From NCBI GenBank assembly GCA_964016885.1, contig OZ024753.1:23064001-23128000 (forward strand): a stretch of 64,000 bases of DNA. Reading direction: 5' to 3'. The translations under genes and the position numbers were made by a program. The notes below the pieces were generated by a model. That model was given only the letters and a program-made list of their open reading frames with translations. It had not been told where the DNA came from and searched no databases. Source of the stretch: Eledone cirrhosa (taxonomy: Eukaryota). Positions 17,814-36,781 of this stretch are shown in pieces; within the stretch, counting starts at the first letter, position 1; each line of letters begins with the position of its first letter.

Positions 17814-18672
17814 GTGTGGTATGTGTGTGTTTATGTATATATGCGTGTGTGTGTATGAATGTATGTATATGTGTGTATATATGTATGTATATATATATGT
17901 ATATGTATGTATATTTTGTCTGTAGATTATAAACATACAGATACATTAGCCCTAAATTTTTATATTTACATACACTTTTTCGACATGCGTATGCATGTGA
18001 ACATATATTTTTATGCATATCTGTGAACGAATTTACTTACATATATACACACACCTAACTGTATTTTCTTGATGAATTTTTATGTATTTCATTGGTCTAT
18101 TTAAAATCTGTTCCCAAACAGACCTGTAATTTTGAATTGTTGTTATTATCAATAAATATACTTCATTATTTCTGAAGACAGCATATATATGTGATGGTAT
18201 GTATATTCTCCTTGATAGTTTGTATAATTTTGTACATAGATCTTTTGAATATGCATGCCAATTCTAACACATATATGTCCTAGAAACGATCGTAAAATAA
18301 TGAACTTTTTTTGTTTAATATAAGGAACTGTTTCTTTGTTTTATTCATTATTTTTTTAATATTTTATATATATATATATATATAAATATATATATATATA
18401 TTTGTGACAGAAACAAAATGGCGGAGGACAGAAAAAAGGAAAGGCACAGAAACAAAGAAAGGAATCCCCAGTCACTGAAGAGGTCACAGAGTGTGTTACG
18501 AAAGGACTATGACTATATATAAACAACTATCTGGTTGTGGAACCAACCAACCAACCAGAAATTTATAAGTTTGTAGATTTGTAAATTTATAAATTTATAA
18601 ATATATAATAAATTGAAGTGAAAGCAACTGGTGCGTGTGTTTCTTATTGGGAACATGACCCTCCCAAAGTAT

Positions 18673-18680
<8 letters not shown>
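17668..18680 (+). mobile_element. Composite of family F and G pLTR pieces: F/G chimera 17668-17737, F 3'UTR ~17810-18366, G pLTR 18402-18680
   Basis: Similarity to 51200-51780 (F) and 42930-43203 (G); HHRs at 18165-18301 and 18470-18514. Confidence 0.85.
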
Positions 18681-18755
<75 letters not shown>

Positions 18756-18765
18756 TATATATATG

Positions 18766-18931
<166 letters not shown>

Positions 18932-18942
18932 AAAATATATAT

Positions 18943-18977
<35 letters not shown>

Positions 18978-18978
18978 A

Positions 18979-19069
<91 letters not shown>

Positions 19070-19077
19070 AATATATA

Positions 19078-19110
<33 letters not shown>

Positions 19111-19114
<4 letters not shown>

Positions 19115-21131
19115 AGTTATATTTAAATTGTTGGGTTACAACTAGTAAATATTTATAACTGATATAAAAGCACTCGACAAGTATTTGGAGTATATTTACA
19201 ATATTAAATAAATGGAAACTATATTTATAAAACCATATTTATTTCATTATATATATTTCAGGGATATCATATTAACAATATGTTATGCCTTCCTCAGACA
19301 AAATACAATATAAACAGTTTTATACATAAATAGATTCGACATACCGTAACAACATCGACTTCTATTTGAAAAGGTTGATTTGGCAGTGAAAAAAATGTAC
19401 ACAGAGAGAAAGAAAGAGAGAAAAAAAGAGAGAAAAAAGGAAAGAAAGACAGAATACGAAGAAAAAGAAGAAAAAGAAGAAATGCATGGAACAAAATAGA
19501 GAGATGGAAAGATAGATAAAGAGAAGAACTTCATGTAAAGAAACAGAGATATATATATATATATAGAGAGAGAGAGGAAATAGAGATAGATACATATATA
19601 TAGAAAACTAGGTAGTGGGACGTCTGTTGGGTAAACGTATCAATGATACATTTATTTATTTATTTATTTATTTAGCTCTAGTATTAATGTAAGGGAGATA
19701 TATGGAGAGAAACCAGCTGTTATATATATAGAGAAAAAATATAGAGAGAGAAAAAATTCAAAAATAACCAGACATAGGCGAGGCGTAAAAACCCTATGTT
19801 TTAATGTAGAGGTATTAGTATTTATAAAAACCAGCCACTATATTGTAAATATCAGTATTCCTGAATGAGACATGTATCCATAATGTGTGAAAGTTAATGA
19901 TCTTATGTTTAGCTTTTAAAAAAAAAATTCATATGTTTATGTGATAACTACAAACATCTATGTGAATTTACATGATCAACTCTGCAAACCCTAGGTTCAC
20001 GGAAAACATTCTCATTGTGGTATAAAAATTTAAGTATACATATATGTGTATATATATACACACAAATATATATAGAGTCAATATTACTATTCCTGTCTTT
20101 ACTCTACAAGATTTTCTATCGAGCAGAAATAGAGAGCAGATTTCAATATACTAATAAAAATATATATCAGAAACAAAACTAAAAAATAACAATAATAATA
20201 ATAAGTAATAATAAAATAGAAAACTAAAAAATATTACGAAAGAATATTACATATTGAAAATATTAAAAATAAAAATATTAGAAAATACTACAATAATAAA
20301 AATAAAAATAAACCACAAAGATCAACCCTTCAAAATTAATTGACAATATATTGCCAAGTTCATTTATTAGCATCAGACTCGAAAAACAGATAAAGCCAAA
20401 AATTATCTATCAAATCGCATCTAGCAAAGATCATTTCAAAAAGTTTAGGATGCCCATTTGGTCTACATGTGTTCTTATATTTAATATAAAAGTTTATCTA
20501 GTGTAACGTTTATTCGAAATATTTGGAGCATCAACTTTTAGGGTAGCTTAATTTTTCATGAAGAATGTTTAAATAAAAATAAAATAAAAATAAAAAGAAT
20601 AAAAAGAAGGAATCAAAGATTTATCGGCTAGTTTCCCATATAATTATAAATCAAAGTAAATATACTACATTTTAAATTTAAATTTATAATTAAACGTTGA
20701 GTTTAATCTATGTTTGCAGCAACTGAATAAATTTGTCCGTAGATTAAGGGAATTTTTAGATTTTAGTATAAAGAATATCTCCTCTGCGCAGAGGTCACAT
20801 GTCTCAGAGGATGAATTAAAAGGAATCCCTCTTGAGACTATATTCCAAGCCGTCGAATATCTAACGTTATCTAGCTTAAGTTGCCAGAGTACGCCTGATA
20901 GTGCTGTTGAAGATTTTTTGCTTGGATCTGTGAAAGAATTCTTGTGGTTATTATAGCGAAGTTTAAATTCCGTCGATGCGGAACCGACGTAGTTAAAAGA
21001 ATTAGAGGAGATATTCTTTATACTAAAATCTAAAAATTCCCTTAATCTACGGACAAATTTATTCAGTTGCTGCAAAAATAGATTAAACTCAACGTTTAAA
21101 TATAAATTTAAATTTAAAATGTAGTATATTT
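19111..21131 (-). mobile_element. Family A copy 2: EN C-terminus, 3'UTR and tail, with short 5' inversion (21004-21131)
   Basis: YVGSAS..CDLC..CCKH ORF end nearly identical to 4935-5275. Confidence 0.9.
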
Positions 21132-21443
21132 AGTAGGAGGTGAGTTTTATTGTAGTACAATAAAGCAATGCAGATATCGGATAAGAAGCACTCTACAGTT
21201 TGTGGGACAGGAGTATGCATAATATAAGATCAAAAGATGGTTAAAGGAGTTCCATATATTTTATTATGCGCATTTCAATGTTGATTTAAAACTGCACTAT
21301 CAACAAGTGTTTTTTTAGCCTTCATATCATGTTCTCCTGTTATACCTGATGAAAACACAAATATTATTGCTTGATGATGTTTGTTTTTGAAATGCGCATA
21401 ATAAAATATATGGAACTCCTTTAACCATCTTTTGATCTTATAT

Positions 21444-21446
<3 letters not shown>
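21132..21446. mobile_element. Family H pLTR inverted doublet, fused directly to family A copy 2
   Basis: Similar to 31114-31941; HHR at 21340-21406. Confidence 0.75.
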
Positions 21447-21517
<71 letters not shown>

Positions 21518-21520
21518 AAT

Positions 21521-21643
<123 letters not shown>

Positions 21644-21688
21644 TATATATATAAATATATATATATATAAATATATATATATATAAAT

Positions 21689-21925
<237 letters not shown>

Positions 21926-21946
21926 AATATATATATATAAATATAT

Positions 21947-22346
21947 ACGATAGTAAAAAAATGGAAACTATATTTATAAAACCATATTTATTTCATTATA
22001 CATATTTCAAGGATACCATATTAAAAATATGGCATGCCTTCATCAGATAAAATACAATATATAAACTGACTACCAAGCCAGCTTCCTACCTTAATTGTCG
22101 CTTATATTTATGGTACGTCAAAATTATTTATTAAACAGTTTATATATTGTATATTATCCGACGAAGGCATGCCATATTTTTAATATGGTATCCTTGAAAT
22201 ATGTATAATGAAATAAATATGGTTTTATAAATATAATTTCCATTTGTTTACTATCGTATATCTACTCCCAAAACTTGTCGAGTGCTTTATATCGGTTATA
22301 AAATATTTACTTGTTGTAACCCAACAATTTTAAATAGAACTTTTGC
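21947..22346 (+). mobile_element. Family A-like pLTR inverted doublet (tail on right arm)
   Basis: Arms ~21947-22068 and ~22133-22258; tail TACTCC...GTCGAGTGC. Confidence 0.8.
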
Positions 22347-22407
22347 ATATATATTAATATATATAAATATATATATATAAATATATATATATAAATATAT
22401 ATATATA

Positions 22408-22443
<36 letters not shown>

Positions 22444-22538
22444 AATATATATATATAAATATAAATATATATATATAAATATAAATATATATAAATATAT
22501 ATATAAATATATATATATATAATTATATATATATAAAT

Positions 22539-22571
<33 letters not shown>

Positions 22572-22954
22572 AGTTGAAAAAAATGAAAACGAAATTTCAT
22601 TTCTCACTCTTAGTATGGCACTTACTTTTTCAACTTATCGTTTTCGGTATGCTTGACCGATTTAACTCACTCAATATGCAAATTAGGCTGCTCAGCCATT
22701 AATTTTCATATGGAAAGTATTTACTTTCGAACGTTCAACTATCTGGCAGATGGGTAAACGGTGCTGATGATAGCTAACAAGCTTGAAACTAGTACATCGT
22801 TCCTGTGTCAGTGTTGAACAAAAAGGTGACGTGGATGCCTTAACACCGTATGGCATAAATTCAGGCTGTTCAGTTTGTTGACAAACGAACAAAGCGGCGT
22901 TATAATAAGCGTCCGCAAAACTGATGCGTGCATATATGTATGTGTACCTGTATG

Positions 22955-23041
<87 letters not shown>

Positions 23042-23465
23042 GCTACTGTACGTCTGTATACATATATGTATGTACGTATACATACATACTTACATTTAAG
23101 TAAGTGCCATACTAAGAGTGAGAAATGAAATTTCGTTTTCATTTTTTTCAACTTATTGTTTTCGGTATGCCTGACCGATTTAACTCACTCAATATGCAAA
23201 TTAGGTTGATCAGCCGTTAATTTTCATAAGGAAAGTATATACTTTCGAACGTTCAACTATCTGGCAGATGGGTAAACGGTGCTGATGATAGCTAACAAGC
23301 TTGAAACAAGTACATCGTTCCTGTGTCAGTGTTGAACAAAAAGGTGACGTGGTTGCCTTAACACCGTATGGCATAAATTCAGGCTGTTCAATTGGTTGAC
23401 AAACGAACAAAGCGGCGTTATAATAAGCGTCCGCTAAACTGATGCGTGCATATATGTATGTGTAC

Positions 23466-23532
<67 letters not shown>

Positions 23533-23976
23533 TGCTACTGTACGTCTGTATACATATATGTATGTACGTATACATACATACTTACGTTTAAGTATGTGCC
23601 ATACTAAGAGTGAGAAATGAAATTTTGTTTTCATTTTTTTCAACTTATCGTTTTCGGTATGCCTGACCGATTTAACTCACTCAATATGCAAATTAGGCTG
23701 CTCAGCTGTTAATTTTCATAAGGAAAGTATATACTTTCGAACGTTCAACTATCTGGCAGATGGGTAAACGGTGCTGATGATAGCTAACAAGCTTGAAACT
23801 AGTACATCGTTCCTGTGTCAGTGTTGAACAAAAAGGTGACGTGGTTGCCTTAACACCGTATGGCATAAATTCAGGCTGTTCAGTTTGTTGACAAACGAAC
23901 AAAGCGGCGTTATAATAAGCGTCCGCTAAACTAATGCGTGCATATATGTATGTGTACCTGTATGTATATATGTATG

Positions 23977-24057
<81 letters not shown>

Positions 24058-24519
24058 TGCTACTGTACGTCTGTATACATATATGTATGTACGTATACAT
24101 ACATACTTACATTTAAGTAAGTGCCATACTAAGAGTGAGAAATGAAATTTCGTTTTCATTTTTTTCAACTTATCGTTTTCGGTATGCCTGCCCGATTTAA
24201 CTCAGTCAATATGCAAATTAGGCTGCTCAGCCGTTAATTTTCATAAGGAAAGTATATACTTTCGAACGTTCAACTATCTGGCAGATGGGTAAACGGTGCT
24301 GATGATAGCTAACAAGCTTGAAACTAGTACATCGTTCCTGTGTCAGTGTTGAACAAAAAAAAAAAAAAAAAAAAAGGTGACGTGGTTGCCTTAACACAGT
24401 ATGGCATAAATTCAGACTGTTCAGTTTGTTGACAAACGAACAAAGCGGCGTTATAATAAGCGTCCGCTAAACTGATGCGTGCATATATGTATGTGTACCT
24501 GTATGTATATATGTATATG

Positions 24520-24575
<56 letters not shown>

Positions 24576-24585
24576 TGCTACTGTA
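22572..24585 (+). mobile_element. Retrozyme-like tandem array (family L), ~4 units of 492-525 bp, each with one HHR and an internal (TA)n
   Basis: HHRs start at 22757, 23275, 23767, 24292; no credible ORF; short inverted piece at the 5' edge. Confidence 0.85.
22757..22801 (+). ncRNA. Minimal type I hammerhead ribozyme, family L
   Basis: AACGGTG-CTGATGA-TAGC..GCTT-GAAA-CTAG-TA-CATCGTT; palindromic 4-nt stem III. Confidence 0.85.
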
Positions 24586-25554
24586 TTATTATTATTTATA
24601 TAATGCATATATATGCATGCTACTATATTATTATTTTTGTTTTTGCTTCTGATATTTTTATTAATATATTGAAATCTGTTCTCTATTTCTGCTTGATAGA
24701 TAATCATGTAGAGTAAAGACAAGAATAGTATTGTTAAAATTAATATAGACTCTATATATATGTGTATATATACACATATATGTATACTTAAATTTTTATA
24801 GCACAATGAGAATATTCTCCGTGTGAAATAGGGGTTTGCAGAGTTGATCACGTAAATTCACATCGATGTTTGTAGTTATCATATAAACATATGAATTTTA
24901 AAACTAGACATAAGATCATTACTTTTCACACATTATAGATACGTGTCTCATTCAGGAATACTGATATTTACATTATAGTGCCTGGTTTTTATACGAACTA
25001 ATATTTTTAACTTCTGCCTCGCCTATGTCTGGTTACTTTTCATTTTTCTCTCTATATAACGGATGGTTTCTTTCCTAACCACATATATCTCCCTTACATT
25101 AATACTAGAGCTAAATAAATAAATAAATAAATAAATGTATCATTGATACGTCGTTCAACTACCTACTTTTCTCTATATATATCTATCTCTATCTATTTCC
25201 TCTCTCTATATATCTCTCTCTGTTTCTTTACATGAAGTTCTTCTCTTTATCTATCTTTCCATCTCTCTATTTTGTTGCATGCATTTCTTCTTTTTCTTCT
25301 TTTTCTTCGTTTTCTCTCTTTCTTTCCTTCTTTCTTTCTTTCTTTCTTTCTGTTTACAATTTTTCACTGCCAAATCAACTTTTTCAAATACAAGTCGATG
25401 TTGAACGGTATGTCAAATCTATTTATCTATAAAACTGTCTATATTGTATTTTGTCTGAAGAAGGCATAACATATTGTTAATATGATATCCCTGAAATATA
25501 TATAATGAAATAAATATGGTTTTATAAATATAGTTTCCATTTATTTAATATCGT
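24586..25554 (+). mobile_element. Family A 3'UTR/pLTR fragment fused to the L array
   Basis: Highly similar to 6688-7626; HHR 25448-25511. Confidence 0.88.
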
Positions 25555-25584
25555 ATATATATATATATATGTAAATATATAAAT

Positions 25585-25657
<73 letters not shown>

Positions 25658-25728
25658 TATAAACATATATATATATATATATAAATATATAAACATATAT
25701 ATATATATATATAAATATATACATATAT

Positions 25729-25761
<33 letters not shown>

Positions 25762-25830
25762 AATATATATAAATATATATATATATTTATAAATATATAT
25801 ATATATATATATAAATATATATAAATATAT

Positions 25831-25888
<58 letters not shown>

Positions 25889-25902
25889 CTATAAATATAT
25901 AT

Positions 25903-26079
<177 letters not shown>

Positions 26080-26096
26080 TATATATATATACATAT

Positions 26097-26321
26097 ATTT
26101 CGTTTCTGAATTTGTTTAGCAAGATTCTTTATCTGAAATCGTGTGTTGAAACCGATATTGTTATACTTTGGGAGGGTCATGTTGCCAATAAGAAACACAC
26201 GCACAACCAACCAACCAGAAATTTATAAATTTGTAAATTCATAAATATTTAATAAATTAAATTGAAGTGAAAGCAACTGGTGCGTGTGTTTCTTATTGGC
26301 AACATGACCCTCCCAAAGTAT

Positions 26322-26328
<7 letters not shown>
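26097..26328. mobile_element. Family G terminal inverted doublet
   Basis: Matches 41080-41190 and 43070-43203. Confidence 0.8.
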
Positions 26329-26398
<70 letters not shown>

Positions 26399-26407
26399 TA
26401 TATATAC

Positions 26408-26870
<463 letters not shown>

Positions 26871-26893
26871 TATATATATATATATATATATAT

Positions 26894-27820
26894 AGTATTT
26901 ACGTATCTAGAAAGAGAAAAAAAGGGGGGATGGGTGATACATATAGTTATTTGCCAAGTAGCGTATGCCAAAGGTGCTCGATACTAGTGCCGGCAGTATT
27001 AAATATTCGACATGTTATATTTAGTGGGCTAGAGAGTTAGCAGAGCGTAAGCACGTGGGAAAGTAAAAAATCGGAGAATAGACCGTTAAAACAAGTTTAT
27101 TTAAAATATCACCTCCGTACGTTTCGCCCAGTTGGGCCTCTCAAGGGCATCAATAATCACAAGTGTTCCTTATATTGCTCGGAAAGAGTTTTGGGGGTTA
27201 AATCCGCATCAAGGTTCATTGCTCGCAAAAATATCTTGTTTTGATTTTGCAGCAGGTCAAGGGAGGTAACTCTGGCCGGTGTTAGGACAGTCTTTCCCGG
27301 ACAAATTTTTTTTTTTTTTTGCCGCATCCGTTTGTCTGAGGCTGGGTTTGGTATGCAAGGATTGTTTCCTGGGTGTTATTTTGAAACGCCTGCCCGCCGG
27401 GGTGTTAAGACTTGTTGCAGGGAGAACCAGTGTACTATTTCACTCTACATCCTTAACCCATCTGAAGAAGGATATTTTTAGGCGATGTGTACAACTTATT
27501 GCTGTTTCAGCTCTGCTGTTGATTAGCTCGTGGGGTGCAGTTATGATGTGGTAGAGCTCCATGAGGCAAAGATCGCATTTCCACTTGAAGTTGTACGGTG
27601 CAGCCCTGCCGACAATCTCCCAGCGAGTGGAGAAGGTGATGTTTAAGTCCTTTAGTGATGTGATGTAGTCCGCGAGCGAAGTGGAGTGCCTTAGTTTTCT
27701 ATTTGCGAAAGAGTGGAGATGTGTTCGAAACATAATTTTGAACGGGCCGGAGGTGGCCCCTATATAATGTTTAACGCTATTGTGGCTAGAAATAGTGCAT
27801 GTATATATAACCCTATCAGT

Positions 27821-27823
<3 letters not shown>
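26894..27823 (-). mobile_element. Hydra-type PLE family I 3' fragment (GIY-YIG ORF 27440-27823, 3'UTR, HHR ~27108-27150, tail)
   Basis: VIY..HYIGAT..CDLC..SCTHR; homologous to 61543-62595. Confidence 0.9.
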
Positions 27824-27914
<91 letters not shown>

Positions 27915-27940
27915 ATATCATTTATATATATATATATATC

Positions 27941-27996
<56 letters not shown>

Positions 27997-28064
27997 ATAT
28001 ATATATCATTTATATATATATATATATCAAGTGAACTATAACCTCCTCCTTCCATATATATATT

Positions 28065-32013
<3,949 letters not shown>

Positions 32014-32014
32014 T

Positions 32015-32199
<185 letters not shown>

Positions 32200-33514
32200 T
32201 ATAAATATATATATATATATAAATAAAGTTAAATAAAAGTCAAATGATTAAAATTTAGCTTCGTTTATTACTGCTATATATATTTCAGTGACAGCCATCT
32301 TTGGCTGTGACCTCTTCAGGCAGTTTGAATTAGTATGGTATAGACAAGTACATATGTTGTTTAGGTGTATGATATTGTCAATACTCTGATATGCCCAGTT
32401 CCTTGTTGGGTTGTTAATTCACTGGGGAACTGGAGTCATATGAATTCAAACAAACGAATTTTAGTGTCACAGGTCCCCTTCTCCTCTCATTGGTCAGTTA
32501 TTAGTGTTGTCATTGTTGGAGTTAGCTTAAAAATTGATAAAATGGTAGAAGGGACAAGGTGTTGAAGGAACACAATATCAAAAAATGTGTCAAACTTCCC
32601 ATTGTTCAGTTCTGAGAGCATTCCTCAGTCAGAAGTCTATAGAATTCTTTCTGGGGTGAGGCTCCCTGTAGTGTTTATGCCTGCTATTGTTCAGTACATT
32701 TGACCTCCACCATTATTTTGGTACTGTTGTTGTTGTAGTGGTCAGCTAATATCTTGCTGCTGCTAACAGTTTAGAAGTATTCAGTTTGTGTTTTCTCTTC
32801 ATCCCACCCGCCACCATCGTAGTGGTGGTGGCGGGGGGGGGGGTATTTCATGTATATGAAGAAATATAAGGCAATAAATGAAGAAAACAGAAGATAAATA
32901 AATAATATAATAAAATAAAATAATTAATATAATTTGTGTAATTTGAAAATAAATAAATAAATAGAGAATAAAGAATAAAGAGTAAATGAGAGATTGGTGA
33001 AAAAGTAATGATAATGTATATGGAGAAGTGAGAAATAATGTAGGATAAAGTGTGTGTGTGTGTGTGCTATAACCAATCTCAAGGTCAGAATATGTTGGAT
33101 AGATTGGTATGATACAAGATGTTAAGATGAGATATTCAATGTGTTTGTATTATAATCTATCTCAACTTAAAATAAATATAAATATAAGGTTATACAGTGA
33201 AGAGGGCAGAAAACAAATAACAAATTAATATAGAGAAATCAAGATTTAAGATTGGAACTTTAGAGTCAGAAATCTGGTAAATTAAAAGTGCTTGTGTTAT
33301 AGATGTTGGCCAGATTATTATGGCTGTGTCCGATTCTGTCTCTAGGCTATCATGGTGTCTGCTCCGCCTGGGTTGTTCCCTATGGCTTGAGGGGAGTTCA
33401 CAACCTAGCGTGTTGTAATTGTCCATATAGCTTGAGGGAGGTCTGGCCGAGAGGTGTTTTCTTGTTCTGTAGAAGTCCCTATAGCTTGAGGGGAGTTCAC
33501 ATCTTCTTGTGTTG

Positions 33515-36052
33515 CTACTGTCCATATATTTTGAGAAAGGTCCCGGCTCTAAGGTATCTGCATGTCCCGAAGAAGTCGGTTCTGAGGTTTATCAGGCCGC
33601 TTCCACCTCTTAGTATCTCGAGGGTCTCGTTCAGGCATAGTTTGCATATGCAAGATCCCCCTTTATCGGGTGGTACTTTCCTGATTATGTACCAGGCCAG
33701 AGAGTATGGGGTCCTGTCCAGCTTAAGCTTCCAGATCAGGTCGGAGAGAGCTGTGCTTTTCCTTTTGGCCTCCTTCTTGAATGAATGGCGATGGTTGTAC
33801 CAGCGGTCCTTAAAGCTCGTTGATGTGGCTCCTATGTAGAGGTGTTCGGAGTTGGGGGTTTTAACCCTACAACCGTACACTATGTTCTTCTTGAGACATT
33901 CATTACCAAGGGGGCATGATTCAGGGTTTCTACAGTTGCAGAGGGTGGGCGGCCTCTGCGTGCTTAGATTAGGGTTCTCATTATGTGTTACATGTTGGTC
34001 TTCCCCCATGCTCGGTGGGGGGTCCTTGGGTCTGTTTGTGTTTCTTGGGTGGGCTCTGGGTCCCCCCTTCCCTCCTTTCACATGGTTCTGCTGAGTGTTT
34101 GTATTGCCATCTTCTGGTTGTGTGTGGTTTTTAAGCCTACTTCTGTTGATGCTAGCTATGTGTTGGGCCAAATTTCTCGTGGTGGAATACGAGAGCTTCA
34201 CAGTGTGTCTGTTGAAGATCCTGTGGTATCTGTGGTCCCTCGGGAAGCATTTGTCAAGTGCTCCAAAGAACAATCGGGCCAAGCTTTTCTTTAGGGCCGC
34301 TGAGTAGGGTGGGTTGTACCACGTGATTTGTCGGTGTCTCCTCCTATATGTGTAGGTTGGGGGCTTCGTGATTTGTTGGAGATTTGTTGGTTTGCTGGTG
34401 GTTTCCGCACTGTTGCTTCCCTTTTGGGCTCTATACTTTCTGTTATCTTCACGGCCCGGATTTGTGGGGTGGTTGTTATCTGCCCCGGGAGATCCATCGT
34501 GGGGTGGTCGCCCGTTTCCTCCCCCCCCCCACGTGTCCTGCGGTTGGGGTTGTCCGTCCTGGGGTAGTTAGCATCACGCCTGAGACTGCTACTCATATTG
34601 TGCTCCATCTCGTGGTCAAGCGCACTAGTCCCCACCGCCCGTGTGGTGGTGTCTGGTACATGGTGCCTATTTGATTTTGCTCTGCCTGTATTGTTAGGGT
34701 TCGCCCTCCCCCCTCTGGTAACGCGGTTGTGGGTGTCTGTTGGGCTATCCACCTCCCGGCTTTTCGGACTATATGTTATATTTCGTCCATGTGCCGCCTT
34801 CTTTAGAGCTGCATTGTAATATTCCGCGTGGTTGTTGAATATTTCCTTACTTGCGGACAGGCTGGAGATCCTGTCCGAGACACTCTTCACCACTGCCTTG
34901 GTTATGGATCTAGGGTGGTTTGATTTGGCGTTAACATATACTAGTTTCTCGTTGGGCTTGTGGTAGGGGTAGTATTGCTCGGTGTTCAGGTTTAGGGTGG
35001 TGTCTAGGAAGTTAACTACCTTCCTATTTGGGTCTATTTCTATGCTGAGCCCCTGGTTCTTAAAGAAATGGCGAATACGCCTCCTCATACCCTCCAACAT
35101 ATTGGTGCTGTGGTCATGTACTGTGAATAGAGCATCGTCACGATATAATCCGCCGCCCAGGCAGGGGATTTCATCTTTTATCTGCTTCAGCAGGTAGAGC
35201 CCAACCAGGTCCGTTACCTGCGCTGAGTCGCTGGAGCCCATCCTGATGTCAAAGTTATTTGGCCAATCACTCCTGGTCCACAGGTCTCCATCGAAGCGGA
35301 TTAAGGTCTTTCTTGCGGCGTGGATGATGCTCACCTCCTCTCGGGTTAGGTCCGTATTGGACATCGCTAAAAATAAGGCCTTATTAAGTACTATGGGTGA
35401 GATTGAGGAGTAGTAGCTTGCGATGTCCAGTTGTATAAAGCTGGTCCTACTTTTCTCCTGCAGTATTTTGAACCATTCTATTACTTCTCTCGTGCATGAC
35501 CATTGCTGTAATTTGGTTTTTTCCGAAGCTTGGGCAAAATCCTATCCAGTATTCTTTTACTGACGATCCCTAGGTCAGATCTGGAGGGGGCTATTAGTCT
35601 GACAGGGAGGTCGAACTCAAAGTTTAACTTGTGGTCTTTAAGGGTAATCCGCGGCTCCCTTGGTTGGTATGGGGCCGTCCTGTCCTCTATGCCGATTTTG
35701 GATATAATCCTGTAAGCTGTGGCATTGATCTCATCCAGGGTAAATCCAGGTGTTTTTTTGTAGCACTTCCTCAGTTCCCTGAGGATTAGCTTATTGTACA
35801 GTTCAGTGTTCATGTTGTAGAGGTTGTTTGTTTTGTCAGCATGGACAAGTATTCCAGTTGTCCCTTTAAGTACTGTAATCCGGTTTCTCAGGTGTCTGAG
35901 GTACTCCTGACTTCTGGTTGGGTTTCCGGAGAATTTGAGGTTGGATATGATGTTAATCATCTCGTTTTCAAACTCCTCCATTAGTCTGTTATGGGGGGGA
36001 TTCCTCCTTGATCGAAAAAGGTACTCCATGTTTTCTGTGTTTGTAGTTTTCT
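33515..36052 (-). pseudogene. Frameshifted PLE RT + GIY-YIG ORF (family D)
   Basis: HADKT, LKDHK, QLDIASYYSSI, MGSSDS, GLYRDD, long low-complexity linker, CNCRNPESCPL, YIGAT, CKLC; frameshifts near 35480 and 34320. Confidence 0.93.
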
Positions 36053-36781
36053 GCGAGGGACCACAGATACCACAGGATCTTCAACAGACACACTGTGAAG
36101 CTCTCGTATTCCACCACGAGAAATTTGGCCCAACACATAGCTAGCATCAACAGAAGTAGGCTTAAAAACCACACACAACCAGAAGATGGCAATACAAACA
36201 CTCAGCAGAACCATGTGAAAGGAGGGAAGGGGGGACCCAGAGCCCACCCAAGAAACACAAACAGACCCAAGGACCCCCCACCGAGCATGGGGGAAGACCA
36301 ACATGTAACACATAATGAGAACCCTAATCTAAGCACGCAGAGGCCGCCCACCCTCTGCAACTGTAGAAACCCTGAATCATGCCCCCTTGGTAATGAATGT
36401 CTCAAGAAGAACATAGTGTACGGTTGTAGGGTTAAAACCCCCAACTCCGAACACCTCTACATAGGAGCCACATCAACGAGCTTTAAGGACCGCTGGTACA
36501 ACCATCGCCATTCATTCAAGAAGGAGGCCAAAAGGAAAAGCACAGCTCTCTCCGACCTGATCTGGAAGCTTAAGCTGGACAGGACCCCATACTCTCTGGC
36601 CTGGTACATAATCAGGAAAGTACCACCCGATAAAGGGGGATCTTGCATATGCAAACTATGCCTGAACGAGACCCTCGAGATACTAAGAGGTGGAAGCGGC
36701 CTGATAAACCTCAGAACCGACTTCTTCGGGACATGCAGATACCTTAGAGCCGGGACCTTTCTCAAAATATATGGACAGTAG
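36053..36781 (+). pseudogene. Inverted duplicate of the family D endonuclease region
   Basis: Same translation as 33515-34243. Confidence 0.9.

Noticed and set aside
22572-24585. CRISPR array or protein-coding tandem genes (66-aa ORFs)
   Set aside because: Whole units repeat without unique spacers; the ORFs are antisense to the HHR and show no recognisable domain
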